DNA of 64,000 nucleotides. Source: an uncultured Verrucomicrobiae bacterium. Its GTDB lineage: Bacteria > Verrucomicrobiota > Verrucomicrobiia > Chthoniobacterales > UBA10450. Below, one piece after another: positions 9,260 through 20,070 of this stretch. A program made the position numbers and the translations under genes. Below the pieces are notes generated by a model. That model saw only the letters and a program-made list of their open reading frames with translations, was not told where the DNA came from and did no database searches. Each line of letters starts with the position of its first letter. The stretch's first letter is position 1. The stretch lies in NCBI GenBank assembly GCA_963834385.1, contig CAWIBO010000002.1, positions 1-64,000 on the forward strand, in the 5' to 3' direction.

Positions 9260-10145
9260 TCCCGAGGGGCCGCCCGTTTTTGGTGATTTCGACCCCGCCG
9301 GGATCAGAGAGACGCACGGTCACGCGTTTGCCGGTGAAACGAAACGGGCCTTCGCCGGGCGTGATCCAGCGCTCGAAAGCGGTGGTCTGGCCATCAACGA
9401 CCACGCGAACAAAGGTGCGGCGGACCGGGTTGATCTCGACGCGGTGGGCGCCTTCCGTGACCGGCTCGGTGCTGCCGGTGGCGGCAAAACGGGCGAGGTC
9501 GGACGGGTTGACCGGCTCGGCTCGGCGCACTTCCGGTGCGCCTTCCTCCGCGGGCGATTCCGCGGCCATGGCGGGAGGCGGGGTGGCGGTCTCAACCGGC
9601 GCCGGCGTGGGTGCGGGCTGGACCGGGGCCGCGGTGGCGGCACCCGGGCGGGGCGCAGCCACGAGCGCGTTCGGGCCCGAGGTGTCGACCGGGGCCGGTG
9701 TGGCCGTGGCCACGGCGGCCGGCTCGTCCGCCCGGGCGGGCGCGATGCGCTGCATGTTCAGGAAAAGCTTGATCAGCGAGAAACCAATGATGAGGACCGC
9801 GAGGCCGATGACGAGGGGCAGGAGCGACGGCTTGGGCGCGGTCGCGCGAATGACCGGGCGACTCGGTGCGGGCCCCGGGTTGTCCTGCAGATAGGAATAA
9901 CCGTCGACGGTGACGGCGTTTGGCGCCTCGAACGCCTCGAGGTACTGGCTGACGTCAACGTTGAGGAACTTGCCGTAAATGACCAGGAAACCCTTGGCAT
10001 AGGCGAGACTGGGAAAATTGGCAAAGTCTTCCACCTCGATCTCCGCCAGGCGATTCGGCCGGATCTTGGTCATGCGACCGGCTTCCTCGAGGGTGAGACC
10101 GCGCGCCTCTCTGGCCGCCTTGAATTTTTCGCCGAGACCTTCCAT
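9231..10145 (-). CDS. rodZ: RodZ-like protein (HTH, TM helix, linker, DUF4115-like domain)
   Basis: LGEKFKAAREARGLTLEE...TKI...YAKGFLVIYGKFL; single TM helix; between ftsK and rimO. Confidence 0.8.
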   Translation of the reverse strand: MEGLGEKFKAAREARGLTLEEAGRMTKIRPNRLAEIEVEDFANFPSLAYAKGFLVIYGKFLNVDVSQYLEAFEAPNAVTVDGYSYLQDNPGPAPSRPVIRATAPKPSLLPLVIGLAVLIIGFSLIKLFLNMQRIAPARADEPAAVATATPAPVDTSGPNALVAAPRPGAATAAPVQPAPTPAPVETATPPPAMAAESPAEEGAPEVRRAEPVNPSDLARFAATGSTEPVTEGAHRVEINPVRRTFVRVVVDGQTTAFERWITPGEGPFRFTGKRVTVRLSDPGGVEITKNGRPLGNDDSDVSVE

Positions 10146-10165
10146 GTGGGTTCAATAGAGACCGG

Positions 10166-12590
10166 TCAAACAGCGGCGTCGAGATCGACCAAAATCTCGC
10201 GTGGTTTGGCGCCTTCGCCGGGCCCCAAAATACCCCGCTGCTCCAGAATATCAACGATGCGGGCGGCGCGGGTGTAACCGAGGCGAAGACGCCGCTGCAG
10301 AAGCGAAGTGGAGGCCCGTTTTTCCTGCCGGATGATCTCGAGGCATTTCTCGACCAATTCCTCGTCCTCCTCCGTGACCTCCTCGGCCGGCGGGGTATTG
10401 GACTGCATCTTTTCGTGAATGGAAGGGTCGAAGGCGGGCGTGCTCTGGGACGAGACGAAATCGACCAGGCGATGGATTTCCTCGTCCGTGACCAGGACGC
10501 CCTGGGCGCGGATCAGCCGCGAGGTGCTGGGAGGGAGATAGAGCATGTCCCCCTGGCCGAGGAGGCGGTCGGCTCCGTTTTCGTCGAGGATCACGCGGCT
10601 GTCGATCTTCGAGGCCACCTGGAAAGCGATCCGGCTCGGGATGTTCGCCTTGATCACACCGGTGACGACATCGGCGCGCGGGGTTTGCGTGGCCACGATG
10701 AGATGGATGCCGGCGGCGCGCGCCATCTGCGTGATCCGGGCGATGGCGCTTTCCACGTCGGCCGGCGCGGTCTGCATCAGGTCGGCCAGCTCATCGATGA
10801 TGACGACGATGTAGGGCATGCGGTCCGGGATGATGAGTTCATCGTCGCGATGCACTTTGATCTCGGGCGCGGCCGGGCCAGGTTCGCCGGCGCCGCCGGG
10901 CTTGGTCGCGGCCTCGGCATCGAGTTCCTTCTGCGATTTCTTCGGCGGGCGCCCGTTGAAGCTGGTGATGTTGCGCACGCCCACCTGCGCGAAGATGCGA
11001 TAGCGCTTTTCCATCTCGTCAATGATCCAGCGCAGCGCGAGCAGCACCTTTTTCGGATCGGTCACCACCGGGATGACGAGGTGCGGCAGCCGATTATAGA
11101 TCTGCATCTCGACCACCTTTGGGTCGATCATGATGAAACGAAGTTCCTCCGGGGTGAACCGGAAGAGCATGGAACCGATGAGCGAGTTGATGCAGACGCT
11201 CTTGCCGCTGCCGGTGGTGCCGGCCACGAGCAGGTGCGGCATTTGCGCAAGATCAGCGATGATGGCCTTGCCGTAGACGTCCTTCCCCAGGGCGAGCGGG
11301 AGCCGGCCGCGGGCCCGCGCCTCCTCCCAGTCGTGCGACTGCAGCAGTTCGCGCAAGGTGACCTTGACCTTGCGGCTGTTGGCCAGCTCGATGCCGACCG
11401 TGTCCTTGCCCGGAATGGGCGCAAGAATGTTGATTCGCTCCGCGCGCGTGGCCCGGGCCAGGTCACGTTCCAGCGCCACGATCTTGTCCACCCGCACCCC
11501 TTTGGCCGGATAAACCTCGTAACGGGTGATGGTCGGTCCCTTGGTGATGTCGCCGGGTCCCACGGCGATGCCGAACTGCGCCAGCGTCTCGATCAGCGTC
11601 TGCTGGATCCGCTCCAGCTCGACCGGGTCGGCCGCGGTCCGGCCTTCCGCGTCAAAATCGTCAAGCAGGTCGAGGCCCGGCAGGGTGTAATGCTCCGCGT
11701 CAAAGGCCGGCGCCGAGAGGTCGGGCGCGGCCTTGCTCTTTTTATCGCCGCGCAGCTCGGCCAGTGAAGGCTTGCGGCCGGCTTCGGCCGGGAGCGCGTT
11801 GGTGTCGACCACCTTCGGCTTTGGTCGCCCAGCCAGTTCTTCCGCGGAGATGATGGCCGCTTCCGGCACCGGCGCCCCCTTGCGCTTCAATTTCTTCTCG
11901 ATGGATCGCTGCTGCTTGGCCAGTTCGCGCTGGCTGATCTCGAGCTGTCCTTTCAGATCGGATTTCCGGAGCTGCTGCTGGAGGCGCCATTCGCGCAGGC
12001 GAATCAGCCCCGCGCGTGAAGCGGCCACGGACTGGCGCACCACGTGGATCGGGCGCAGGCCGGTCATGAGGATCAGGCTCGAGAGATAAGCGCCGCCGAG
12101 CAGGATGATGGAGCCGACGGTGCCGACCGCCTTGCGCAGCAGCCCGCCCCGTTCCCCGGCCAGGACGTAACCAACCCAGCCGCCCGGGCCGCTGATGTTG
12201 AAAGCGTCGCGCCAGCCCTGCAGATGGCTGGTCTGCAACTCGAAGCAGGCCGGCACCGGAGACGATGAAGATAAAAATCCAAAGAGCGCGCGGGGTCACC
12301 CGCAGCTTCGAGTAAAAGAGCTTGGCCGCGCCGAACCCGAGCAGGACCGCAGCAAGGAAATAGGAACCGGCGCCAATGAGCAGGTAGCAGAAGCCGGCGA
12401 GGATGGCGCCGAAGGGGCCAATGAAATTCTGGGCCGGTTTGTTCGGGGTCGAGACCTGGCTGAACGGGACCCAGCCGGGCAAATCGCGCGGACTGTAGGA
12501 GATCAGGGCCAGGAAAAGAAGCGTGCCCGCACCGAGGAGGATGAGGGCAAAGACTTCATTCCAGGCGTTGTTTTTTGAGCTCCGGGGCAC
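10166..12590 (-). CDS. ftsK: DNA translocase FtsK; one apparent frameshift near 12241
   Basis: 4TM N-terminus in ORF 11742..12590 joins the motor domain in ORF 10166..12256 (PHLLVAGTTGSGKS, IDELADLM, gamma domain STSLLQRRLRLGYTRAARI). Confidence 0.93.
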
Positions 12591-12670
12591 GGCGTTTTCA
12601 TAGTAGGCGTCGCAGCCGGTGTTTCAATGGAATAGACGGGGGATGGGCAGGGGGAGCGTGCGGCGGGGGT

Positions 12671-12810
12671 TGCTCTTGCTCTTACTCTTGCTCATGATCC
12701 TGATCTTGCTCCTGATCCCGGATGTGATCGGTGAACGGTGATCGGTGAACGGTGAACGGTGAACGGTGAACGGTGAACGGTGAACGGTGAACGGTGAACG
12801 GTGAACGGTG
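12671..12810. repeat. (TTGCTC)n hexamers followed by about 11 tandem GGTGAAC heptamers
   Basis: Directly visible; reverse-complement counterpart of 2597-2709. Confidence 0.92.
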
Positions 12811-12927
12811 TTTCCTCTGTTCCTGTTTTCCTGATTCATCCTCCCAAACGCCCGTTTTTCCCGGGAGCTTCGCGAGGCCGCAGCTTTCCCTTGCATGCCG
12901 GCTGACTCGACCATTAACTTCGGCCCG

Positions 12928-13230
12928 ATGCGAATCCTTCCGCGGGCGCTCGGGGCGCTCATGCTGTCGGCGGCCGTGCCGCTTTTCTTTTCCTGCGAAA
13001 AACATTACGTGGGCGAGTTGCCCGAGCATCACGGACCGGGGCACAAGGCGCACGGCGAAGGGCACGGCGACAAGGCCCACGGGCACGAGCACAAGGCGGG
13101 GGAGGATCATCACGCGCCGGGACACGCGCCCGCGACCGATCCGCACGCGCATGGCGATTCCGGCCTGACCCGTTCGCCCGCGCCGGCCAGCCCGACCCCG
13201 GCTGATTTTTTCCCCGACAAGCAGCCTTAA
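12928..13230 (+). CDS. His-rich small putative lipoprotein
   Basis: MRILPRALGALMLSAAVPLFFSC signal with Cys, then 14 His in about 55 aa. Confidence 0.7.
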   Translation: MRILPRALGALMLSAAVPLFFSCEKHYVGELPEHHGPGHKAHGEGHGDKAHGHEHKAGEDHHAPGHAPATDPHAHGDSGLTRSPAPASPTPADFFPDKQP

Positions 13231-13246
13231 CCAGGAGCTGATTATT

Positions 13247-14677
13247 ATGGCCGCGACCCCGTACGCCACCCGCCCGCCGAACATCACCGGAATGCCGCCC
13301 GGCGTTCCCTACATCATCGGAAACGAGGCAGCCGAGCGCTTCTCCTTCTACGGGATGCGCGGCATCCTGATCGTTTTCATGACCACCTACCTCGTCAATA
13401 CGGCGGGGGTGCTGGCGCCGATGGGCGATGCGGAGGCGCGGGCGTGGTTTTCGACCTTTGTCTCGGCGGTTTATTTCCTGCCGATCCTTGGCGCGATCCT
13501 GGCGGAAGGTTTCCTCGGGAAATATCGCACCATCTTTTATCTCTCGATTGTTTACTGCCTGGGCCATGTCGCGCTCGCCTTCATGGACACGGAGATCGGG
13601 ATTGCCTTTGGCCAGGAAAAGGTGCTCGCCATTGGCCTTGGGCTGATTGCTCTTGGGTCGGGTGGGATCAAGCCGTGCGTTTCCGCCAACGTGGGTGACC
13701 AGTTCGGCGAATCGAACAAGCACCTGCTTTCGAAGGTTTTTGGCTGGTTTTATTTTTCAATCAACGCGGGCTCGTTCATCGCCACGATCATTTGCCCGCT
13801 GCTCCTGGCCAACCCCGCCTGGGGTCCCCGCTGGGCCTTCGGCATCCCGGGCGTGGCCATGTTCATCGCCACGATTTTCTTCTGGGCCGGTCGCAAAAAA
13901 TTCGTGCATATCCCGCCGGCAGGCTGGGGCTTCATCAAGCAGATGTTCAGCAAGGAGGGCTTCGGCGCCCTCGGGCGGCTTGTCCTCGTCTATTTCTTTA
14001 TTGCCGTCTTTTGGTCGCTTTGGGACCAGAGCGCGGGCGGCTCCTGGACGCTGCAGGCGCGCGACATGGACCTGAGCTTCTTCGGCCTCACCTTGCTCCC
14101 CGCGCAGGTGCAAACGGCGAACCCGATTTTCATCCTCATTTTCATTCCGCTGGTGAATTACGTGATTTATCCGGCGATCAACCGGGTCTACCAGTTGACG
14201 CCGCTGCGCAAGATCGGCATTGGCCTCTTCCTGACCGCGATGAGTTTCCTGATCATCGCTTTTATCCAGACCATGATCGACGCGGGGCAGAAGCCGACCA
14301 TCTGGTGGCAGTTTTTGGCTTACGTGGTCCTGACCCTGGGCGAAACGATGGTCTCAATCACCGGCCTGGAACTTTCCTACACGCAGGCGCCGAACAAGAT
14401 GAAGAGCGTGGTCATGGCGGCCTGGCTTTTCACCGTCTCACTCGGGAACGCGTTCACCGCAGCCTTCAACTTCGCCATCCTGAAGGAGGACGGTTCTTCC
14501 AAGCTGACCGACTTCCAGTATTACGTCTTCTTCGCCGTGCTCATGCTGGTGGCGACGGTCCTGTTTGCCATTGTCGCGAGCTTTTATCGCTACAAGACCT
14601 ACCTGCAATCGCAGGATGATGCCGTGGAAGAAGCCGATGCGATCGCGCCGACCGCGGCCGGCGGCGCGCCCACCTGA
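13247..14677 (+). CDS. POT/PTR-family proton-dependent oligopeptide transporter
   Basis: EAAERFSFYGM (ExxERFxxYG), GGIKPCVSANVGDQF, FYFSINAG, GLELSYTQAP. Confidence 0.93.
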   Translation: MAATPYATRPPNITGMPPGVPYIIGNEAAERFSFYGMRGILIVFMTTYLVNTAGVLAPMGDAEARAWFSTFVSAVYFLPILGAILAEGFLGKYRTIFYLSIVYCLGHVALAFMDTEIGIAFGQEKVLAIGLGLIALGSGGIKPCVSANVGDQFGESNKHLLSKVFGWFYFSINAGSFIATIICPLLLANPAWGPRWAFGIPGVAMFIATIFFWAGRKKFVHIPPAGWGFIKQMFSKEGFGALGRLVLVYFFIAVFWSLWDQSAGGSWTLQARDMDLSFFGLTLLPAQVQTANPIFILIFIPLVNYVIYPAINRVYQLTPLRKIGIGLFLTAMSFLIIAFIQTMIDAGQKPTIWWQFLAYVVLTLGETMVSITGLELSYTQAPNKMKSVVMAAWLFTVSLGNAFTAAFNFAILKEDGSSKLTDFQYYVFFAVLMLVATVLFAIVASFYRYKTYLQSQDDAVEEADAIAPTAAGGAPT

Positions 14678-14685
14678 AGCGCGCC

Positions 14686-14861
14686 AGAAAGACAGGAAGA
14701 GGAATAAATTAGGAAACCAGGAAAGCAGGAAGAGGGGATGAATCAGGAAATAGGAAAGCAGGAAAGGGAGGGATGAATTTGGTTCCAGATTTCTGCCTCT
14801 TACTTCTCCTTCAGTCCTTCGCCCCTAGTCCCCTCTGCGTCTCTCCGCGTCTCTGCGGTAA
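14686..14861. repeat. Repeat cluster: CAGGAAAG-like 8-mers plus a 7-mer/9-mer composite
   Basis: aggaaaccaggaaagcagga tandems; 14790-14861 matches 5-84. Confidence 0.8.
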
Positions 14862-14862
14862 G

Positions 14863-15777
14863 TCAGGAAAGCGCGGCGACCATGCGCTGGCGCATTTTCG
14901 CGTCGGGCAGACGGCCGTAACCTGCCTGGAGGTTGTCCTCCATGTGTTCCGGTTTGCTGGTGGCCGGGATGACACAGGTGACCGTTTCGTTCGCCACGAT
15001 CCACTTCAGGAAAAATTGGGCCCAGGTTTTGCACCCGATTTCCGCGGCGTAATCCGGCAGCGCCTTGCCCCGGGTCTGCGCGAAGAGATTACCGCGACCG
15101 AAAGGCCGGTTCACGATCACGGCGACTCCCTTCTCCTTCGCAATTGGGAAAACGCGATCGTCTGCTTCCCGTTCCATGAGCGAATAGTTGATCTGCACAA
15201 AATCGACCGGTTCCTTCTCGAGCACCCGCGCCACCTCCTCCTGGCTTTCGTCGGTGTAATGGGTGATGCCCGTGTAGCGAAGGCGGCCTTCCTTTTTCCA
15301 TGCCCTCAGGGTGGCGAGCTGTGTCTCCAGATCGATCAGGTTATGCACCTGGACCAAATCGAGCCGCGTCGTCTCCAGCAATCGCAATGAGTCCTCGAGC
15401 TGTTTCAGGCCCGCTTCGCGCCCGGTCGTCCAGACCTTGGTGGCAAGGAACAGTTTGTCCTGCAGCTTCAACTCCGTGGCCAGGTCGCCCACCACTTCCT
15501 CCGCGCGGCCGTACATGGGCGACGAATCCACCAGGCGGCCGCCGCCCTGCACGAGTCGCGTGAGGACGGCCTTGAGCGGGGCCCGTTCCGCGGCAGAGGC
15601 GCCAGCGTCGAAGGTGCGCGACGTCCCGAGACCGATGACCGGCAACTTTTCGCCGGAATGGGGAATCGCCCTCATGATGAGGTCATCTTTTTGCGGTTGT
15701 CCGAGGGCGCTGCGACCGCCCACCATGGTGGCAAGCATCGCGCCTCCCATTACCCTGGCTGCTTCTCGTCGGGTCAT
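14863..15777 (-). CDS. Aldo/keto reductase with possible Tat signal
   Basis: LPVIGLGT, DSSPMYGRAE, LFLATKVW, DLVQVHN, QINYS, IPATSK; N-terminal MTRREAARV. Confidence 0.9.
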   Translation of the reverse strand: MTRREAARVMGGAMLATMVGGRSALGQPQKDDLIMRAIPHSGEKLPVIGLGTSRTFDAGASAAERAPLKAVLTRLVQGGGRLVDSSPMYGRAEEVVGDLATELKLQDKLFLATKVWTTGREAGLKQLEDSLRLLETTRLDLVQVHNLIDLETQLATLRAWKKEGRLRYTGITHYTDESQEEVARVLEKEPVDFVQINYSLMEREADDRVFPIAKEKGVAVIVNRPFGRGNLFAQTRGKALPDYAAEIGCKTWAQFFLKWIVANETVTCVIPATSKPEHMEDNLQAGYGRLPDAKMRQRMVAALS

Positions 15778-15871
15778 CTGCCCATTATAGCAGGCGCTGA
15801 CGGCGGGCAAAGTTACGGTGACAGAAAGCCGCTGATTGCGCCGGACGGAATCGAGCCGAATCTTCCCGATC

Positions 15872-17008
15872 ATGTCTTCCACCCGCCGTCACTTCATCAA
15901 GCTCTCCGCCGCCGCCGGGGGCGCCCTTGGTCTCGGGCTGCCGTTCCGATCATTGTGCGCGCAGGGGGAAACTGCCGCCGTAAAGCCGATGAATATCCTC
16001 ATTCTGGGAGGGACAGGGTTCACGGGCCCTTTTCAGGTGCGATATGCGCTCGGGCGCGGGCACAAGGTGACCATATTTAACCGGGGCAAACGGCCGAGCG
16101 ATCTGCCGAAAGAGGTCGAGCATCTCAAGGGGGATCGCAGCGGCGATCTGAAGGCGCTGGAGGGTCGGAAATGGGACGTGGTCATCGATAATCCGACGAC
16201 GCTGCCGGTTTGGGTGCGCGATGCCGGGCAGATCCTCCAGGGCCACACCGATCGCTACGTCTTCATTTCGACCATCTCGGTTTATAAGGACGGCGGGAAA
16301 CCTGAGGCCGACGAGAACGCTCCTCTGCAGGAATACGAGGGCGCCGACGCGATGAAGGAAACGCGGGAAAGTTTGATGGCCTCGGACTTCAAGCTTTACG
16401 GGCCGCTCAAGGTGATGGCGGAACGGGAAGCGGAAAAATGGTTCCCGCGCCAGACACTTGTCGTGCGGCCCGGTCTGATCGTCGGACCGCGCGATGAGAG
16501 CGACCGGTTTACCTATTGGCCGGTTCGGATTGATCGGGGAGGGGAGGTGCTGGCGCCGGGGAGACCGACAGATCCCGTTCAGTTCATCGACGCGCGGGAT
16601 CTGGCCGAATGGACCATCCGGATGGTGGAAGAACGCGCCACCGGCACTTTCAACGCGACCGGCAAATCGATGGGAATCGGCACGATGCTGGAGAAGATCA
16701 AGGAAGGCGTGGGCGGGCAGGCGAAGTTCACCTGGCTACCGGCCGACTTTCTCGAAAAACAAAAGGTCTCGCCATGGTCTGACATGCCGGTCTGGATCCC
16801 GCCCGCGGCCGATCCGGGCGCCGGGCGGACGGGAATTCAGAAGGCGCTCGCGCGGGGACTCACCTTTCGTCCGGTCGACGAGACAGCCAGGGAAACCCTG
16901 GCGTGGTTCAAGTCGCTCCCGGCGGCGCGACAGGCGGATCTGGGCGCGGGTCTGACCGCGGAACGCGAGAAGGAAGTGCTGGCGGCGTGGCGCCAGCGGC
17001 AGGGGTAG
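15872..17008 (+). CDS. NAD-dependent epimerase/dehydratase (extended SDR) with Tat signal
   Basis: STRRHFIK twin-arginine motif, ILGGTGFTG, YGPLK (YxxxK), RPGLIVGP. Confidence 0.88.
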   Translation: MSSTRRHFIKLSAAAGGALGLGLPFRSLCAQGETAAVKPMNILILGGTGFTGPFQVRYALGRGHKVTIFNRGKRPSDLPKEVEHLKGDRSGDLKALEGRKWDVVIDNPTTLPVWVRDAGQILQGHTDRYVFISTISVYKDGGKPEADENAPLQEYEGADAMKETRESLMASDFKLYGPLKVMAEREAEKWFPRQTLVVRPGLIVGPRDESDRFTYWPVRIDRGGEVLAPGRPTDPVQFIDARDLAEWTIRMVEERATGTFNATGKSMGIGTMLEKIKEGVGGQAKFTWLPADFLEKQKVSPWSDMPVWIPPAADPGAGRTGIQKALARGLTFRPVDETARETLAWFKSLPAARQADLGAGLTAEREKEVLAAWRQRQG

Positions 17009-17038
17009 CCGGAAGAAGATGTGGAAGAGGGCCGGCCG

Positions 17039-18322
17039 ATGAGCGCAATTTTACTTCGTTGGCGCGACCGGATGGTGGAAGTGCGGCCGGAGGAATGGCG
17101 CGCGCTCGTGCTGGCCTTCGTTTTCAATTTCATCGTCCTGGGCAGCTATTATGTGCTGCGCCCGATTCGCGACGAGATCGGCGCGGCGGGCGGACTGGAG
17201 AACCTGGCCTGGATGTTCACCGGCACCCTGGTGGTGATGCTGGGGGCGAACGCCCTCTTCTCGGCCATCGTGACCCGGTTCTCCCGGCGCCGGTTCATTC
17301 CGCTGGCCTACCGTTTTTTCATCCTGAACCTGGTCGTGTTCTGGATCCTGATGCGAATGCTCCCGGCCAATCCTTGGGTCGGCCGGGCGTTTTTTGTCTG
17401 GGTCAGCGTCTTCAATCTTTTCGTGGTGAGCGTTTTCTGGGCGTTCATGGCCGACATCTTCAACACCGAACAGGGGAAACGTCTTTTCGGCTTCATTGCC
17501 GTGGGCGGCACCCTGGGGGCCATCGTGGGCGGGACCGTGACCGCGTCGTCGGTGCAGATTTTTGGCGCGGCCAATTTGCTGCTCGTCTCCGCGGTCCTAC
17601 TGGAAGGGGGCGCGTGGTGCGTGCGAGCCTTTCCGGGTTCCTTCCGCAAGGGCGGGCCGCCGGGAGAATCGGGTTCGTCCGAGGCGCCGATTGGCGGGTC
17701 GGTCTGGGCCGGGCTGACGCACGTGCTGCGATCGCCGTATCTGCTCGGCATCTGCCTGTTCATGCTCCTGCATTCGGTCACGGCCACCCTGGTCTATTTT
17801 CAACAGGCGGAGATCACCGGGCGTGTCTTCGTTGATCGCGGTGCGCGCACGGCCTTTTTCGCGCAGCTCGACGTCTGGGTAAACGTGCTCACGATCGTGA
17901 CGCAGATGTTCCTGACCGGGCGGCTGCTGCGCTGGCTGGGGGTGGGGGTGACGCTGGCGATGATGCCGTTGATCAGCCTGGCCGGGTTCCTCGCGCTGGG
18001 GTTCGTGCCCGTGCTGGGCCTGCTGGCGGTTTTCCAGGTGCTGCGGCGGGCGGCGAACTACGCGCTTTCGCGGCCCGCGCGGGAGGTGCTTTTCACGGCG
18101 GTGCCGCAGGAGGACAAGTACAAGGCGAAAAGTTTCATCGATACCTTTGTTTATCGCGCGGGGGACCAGGTCGGGGCCTGGTCGTATCCACTGCTGAAAT
18201 GGCTCGGTTTGTCCCTGGCCGGGATTTCATTTGTGGCGGCGCCGCTGGCCGCCCTATGGTGTGTCCTGAGCCTCTGGCTTGGCCGCCAGTTAGCCCGTAG
18301 AACGGGGCCGCCCGCCTCCTGA
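17039..18322 (+). CDS. MFS transporter, NTP/NDP exchange (AAA/TLC-like) family
   Basis: YYVLRPIRD, SVFWAFMADIF..EQGKRLFGFI, RPAREVLFT, KYKAKSFIDTFVYRAGD. Confidence 0.8.
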   Translation: MSAILLRWRDRMVEVRPEEWRALVLAFVFNFIVLGSYYVLRPIRDEIGAAGGLENLAWMFTGTLVVMLGANALFSAIVTRFSRRRFIPLAYRFFILNLVVFWILMRMLPANPWVGRAFFVWVSVFNLFVVSVFWAFMADIFNTEQGKRLFGFIAVGGTLGAIVGGTVTASSVQIFGAANLLLVSAVLLEGGAWCVRAFPGSFRKGGPPGESGSSEAPIGGSVWAGLTHVLRSPYLLGICLFMLLHSVTATLVYFQQAEITGRVFVDRGARTAFFAQLDVWVNVLTIVTQMFLTGRLLRWLGVGVTLAMMPLISLAGFLALGFVPVLGLLAVFQVLRRAANYALSRPAREVLFTAVPQEDKYKAKSFIDTFVYRAGDQVGAWSYPLLKWLGLSLAGISFVAAPLAALWCVLSLWLGRQLARRTGPPAS

Positions 18323-18326
18323 TTCC

Positions 18327-20039
18327 ATGAAAACGATTTCTTTTCTTTTCCTGTTCATCGCCACGCCGCTTCTGGCCGCTGCGCCGGACGCGCAGTTCGA
18401 GGAGACCGCCAGGGCATATCTCGAACAATACCTGAAGACACATCCGGAAGAGGCGACGGCGCTGGGTGATCATCGCTTTGACGGCGAGGTGACCGATTAC
18501 TCGAAGGAAGCGCGGGCGCGGGAGCTGGCGATGAACCGGGAGTTCCGCGAAAAGCTGGGGAAGATCGAGGCCAAGGCCCTGTCCCCCGCGAACAGCGTGG
18601 ACCTGCGCATCCTGCGCGACAACCTCGACTACCGGATCTTCCAGCTGGAAGAGCTGAAGGAACCGGAATGGAACCCGCTGGCCTATGATGACGCGCTGGC
18701 GAGCGGCGTTTACCTGCTGATTGCGCGCGAGTTCGCGCCGGCGGAGAAGAGGCTGGCCAGCATCAAAAAGCGGATGGAAGGAATCCCGGCCGTGATCGTG
18801 CAGGCCAAGGGGAACCTGCAAAACCCGCCCCGCATCCACACCGAGACGGCGATTGAACGAATGGGGGGCGCGATCGGCCTGATGCGCGACGGGGTGGCGC
18901 CGTTGCTCGAGCAGGTGCCCTCGATGAAGGAAGAGCTGGCGCCGGTGCAGGCGAAGGCGGTGGCCGCGCTGGAGGAATACAAAGGCTGGCTGGAAAAAGA
19001 TCTGCTGCCGCGCTCGAAAGGTGATTTCCGGCTCGGGCCGGCCCGGTTCAAGAAGAAGCTCCGCTTCGCCCTCGCCTCCGAGCTTTCCATGGAGGACGTC
19101 ATGAAGCGGGCGCAGAAGGAGCGCGCGGCCACGCAGGTGCTGATGTTCCAGACCGCGCTGCCGCTCCATAAGAAATATTTCCCGGAGGCAAAGGAAGCCG
19201 AGCTGGCCGACCAGAAGAAGGTGGTCCGGGCGGTGCTGGACAAACTGGCGGAGGAACACCCGACCGACGAGACCATCGTGGCGCTGGCGGAAAAAGCGGT
19301 GCGGGAGACGACCGATTTTGTGCGGGAGAAGGACCTGGTGACCGTGCCGGACAAGCCGCTGCAGGTGATCGTGATGCCCGAGTTCAAGCGCGGCACCGGG
19401 ATTGCCTACTGTGATTCGCCCGGGCCGCTGGAGGAGAACGGCGAGACGTTTTACGCGGTCGAACCGACACCGGAAAGCTGGAGCCCGGAGCGGAAACTTT
19501 CCTTTTACCGCGAGTACAACAATCACATGGTGAAAGACCTGACCGTGCATGAGGCCATGCCGGGGCATTACCTGCAACTGGCCCACGCCAACCGGTTCAA
19601 GGCGCCGACCCTGGTGCGGGCGGTCTTCCAGAGCGGCCCTTTCATCGAGGGCTGGGCGGTTTATGCCGAAAAAACGATGGCGGCGGCCGGATATGGCGGC
19701 CCGGAAGTGAAGATGCAGCAGCTCAAGATGCGGCTGCGCGCCATCATCAACGCCATCCTCGACCAGAGCATTCATGCCGGTCGCATGACCGAAAAGGAGG
19801 CGCTCGACCTGATGATGAACGAGGGGTTCCAGCAGGAAGGAGAGGCGGTGGCGAAATGGAAACGGGCGCGCCTGACCTCGGCCCAGCTTTCAACCTACTT
19901 TGTGGGCGCGAGTGAGATGGATGAACTGCGCGAGAAAGCGGAGAAAAAGGGCGATTTCAACCTGAAGAAGTATCACGATGCCGTTCTTTCCTTCGGAAGC
20001 CCGCCGCCGAAATACGTGGCCGAGATGATGGGGCTGTGA
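18327..20039 (+). CDS. Secreted DUF885-family protein (putative metallopeptidase fold)
   Basis: PEEATALGDH, HEAMPGHYLQ, FIEGWAVYAE, YHDAVLSFGS. Confidence 0.9.
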   Translation: MKTISFLFLFIATPLLAAAPDAQFEETARAYLEQYLKTHPEEATALGDHRFDGEVTDYSKEARARELAMNREFREKLGKIEAKALSPANSVDLRILRDNLDYRIFQLEELKEPEWNPLAYDDALASGVYLLIAREFAPAEKRLASIKKRMEGIPAVIVQAKGNLQNPPRIHTETAIERMGGAIGLMRDGVAPLLEQVPSMKEELAPVQAKAVAALEEYKGWLEKDLLPRSKGDFRLGPARFKKKLRFALASELSMEDVMKRAQKERAATQVLMFQTALPLHKKYFPEAKEAELADQKKVVRAVLDKLAEEHPTDETIVALAEKAVRETTDFVREKDLVTVPDKPLQVIVMPEFKRGTGIAYCDSPGPLEENGETFYAVEPTPESWSPERKLSFYREYNNHMVKDLTVHEAMPGHYLQLAHANRFKAPTLVRAVFQSGPFIEGWAVYAEKTMAAAGYGGPEVKMQQLKMRLRAIINAILDQSIHAGRMTEKEALDLMMNEGFQQEGEAVAKWKRARLTSAQLSTYFVGASEMDELREKAEKKGDFNLKKYHDAVLSFGSPPPKYVAEMMGL

Positions 20040-20070
20040 GGAAGCGCGCGCTCGCGGCGTGAGCGCGGCA

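Noticed and set aside
10166..12590. Programmed frameshift or pseudogene in ftsK (also the radical SAM, udgX and DNRLRE genes)
   Set aside because: Single-base insertions in otherwise intact genes, with no clear slippery site, fit sequencing error better. Reads are needed to confirm.
12624..13287. Proteins with HRSPFTV or SKSKS repeats (also 2569..2805, 40773..41297 and 52965..54080)
   Set aside because: These are translations of non-coding 7-mer and 6-mer DNA repeats.
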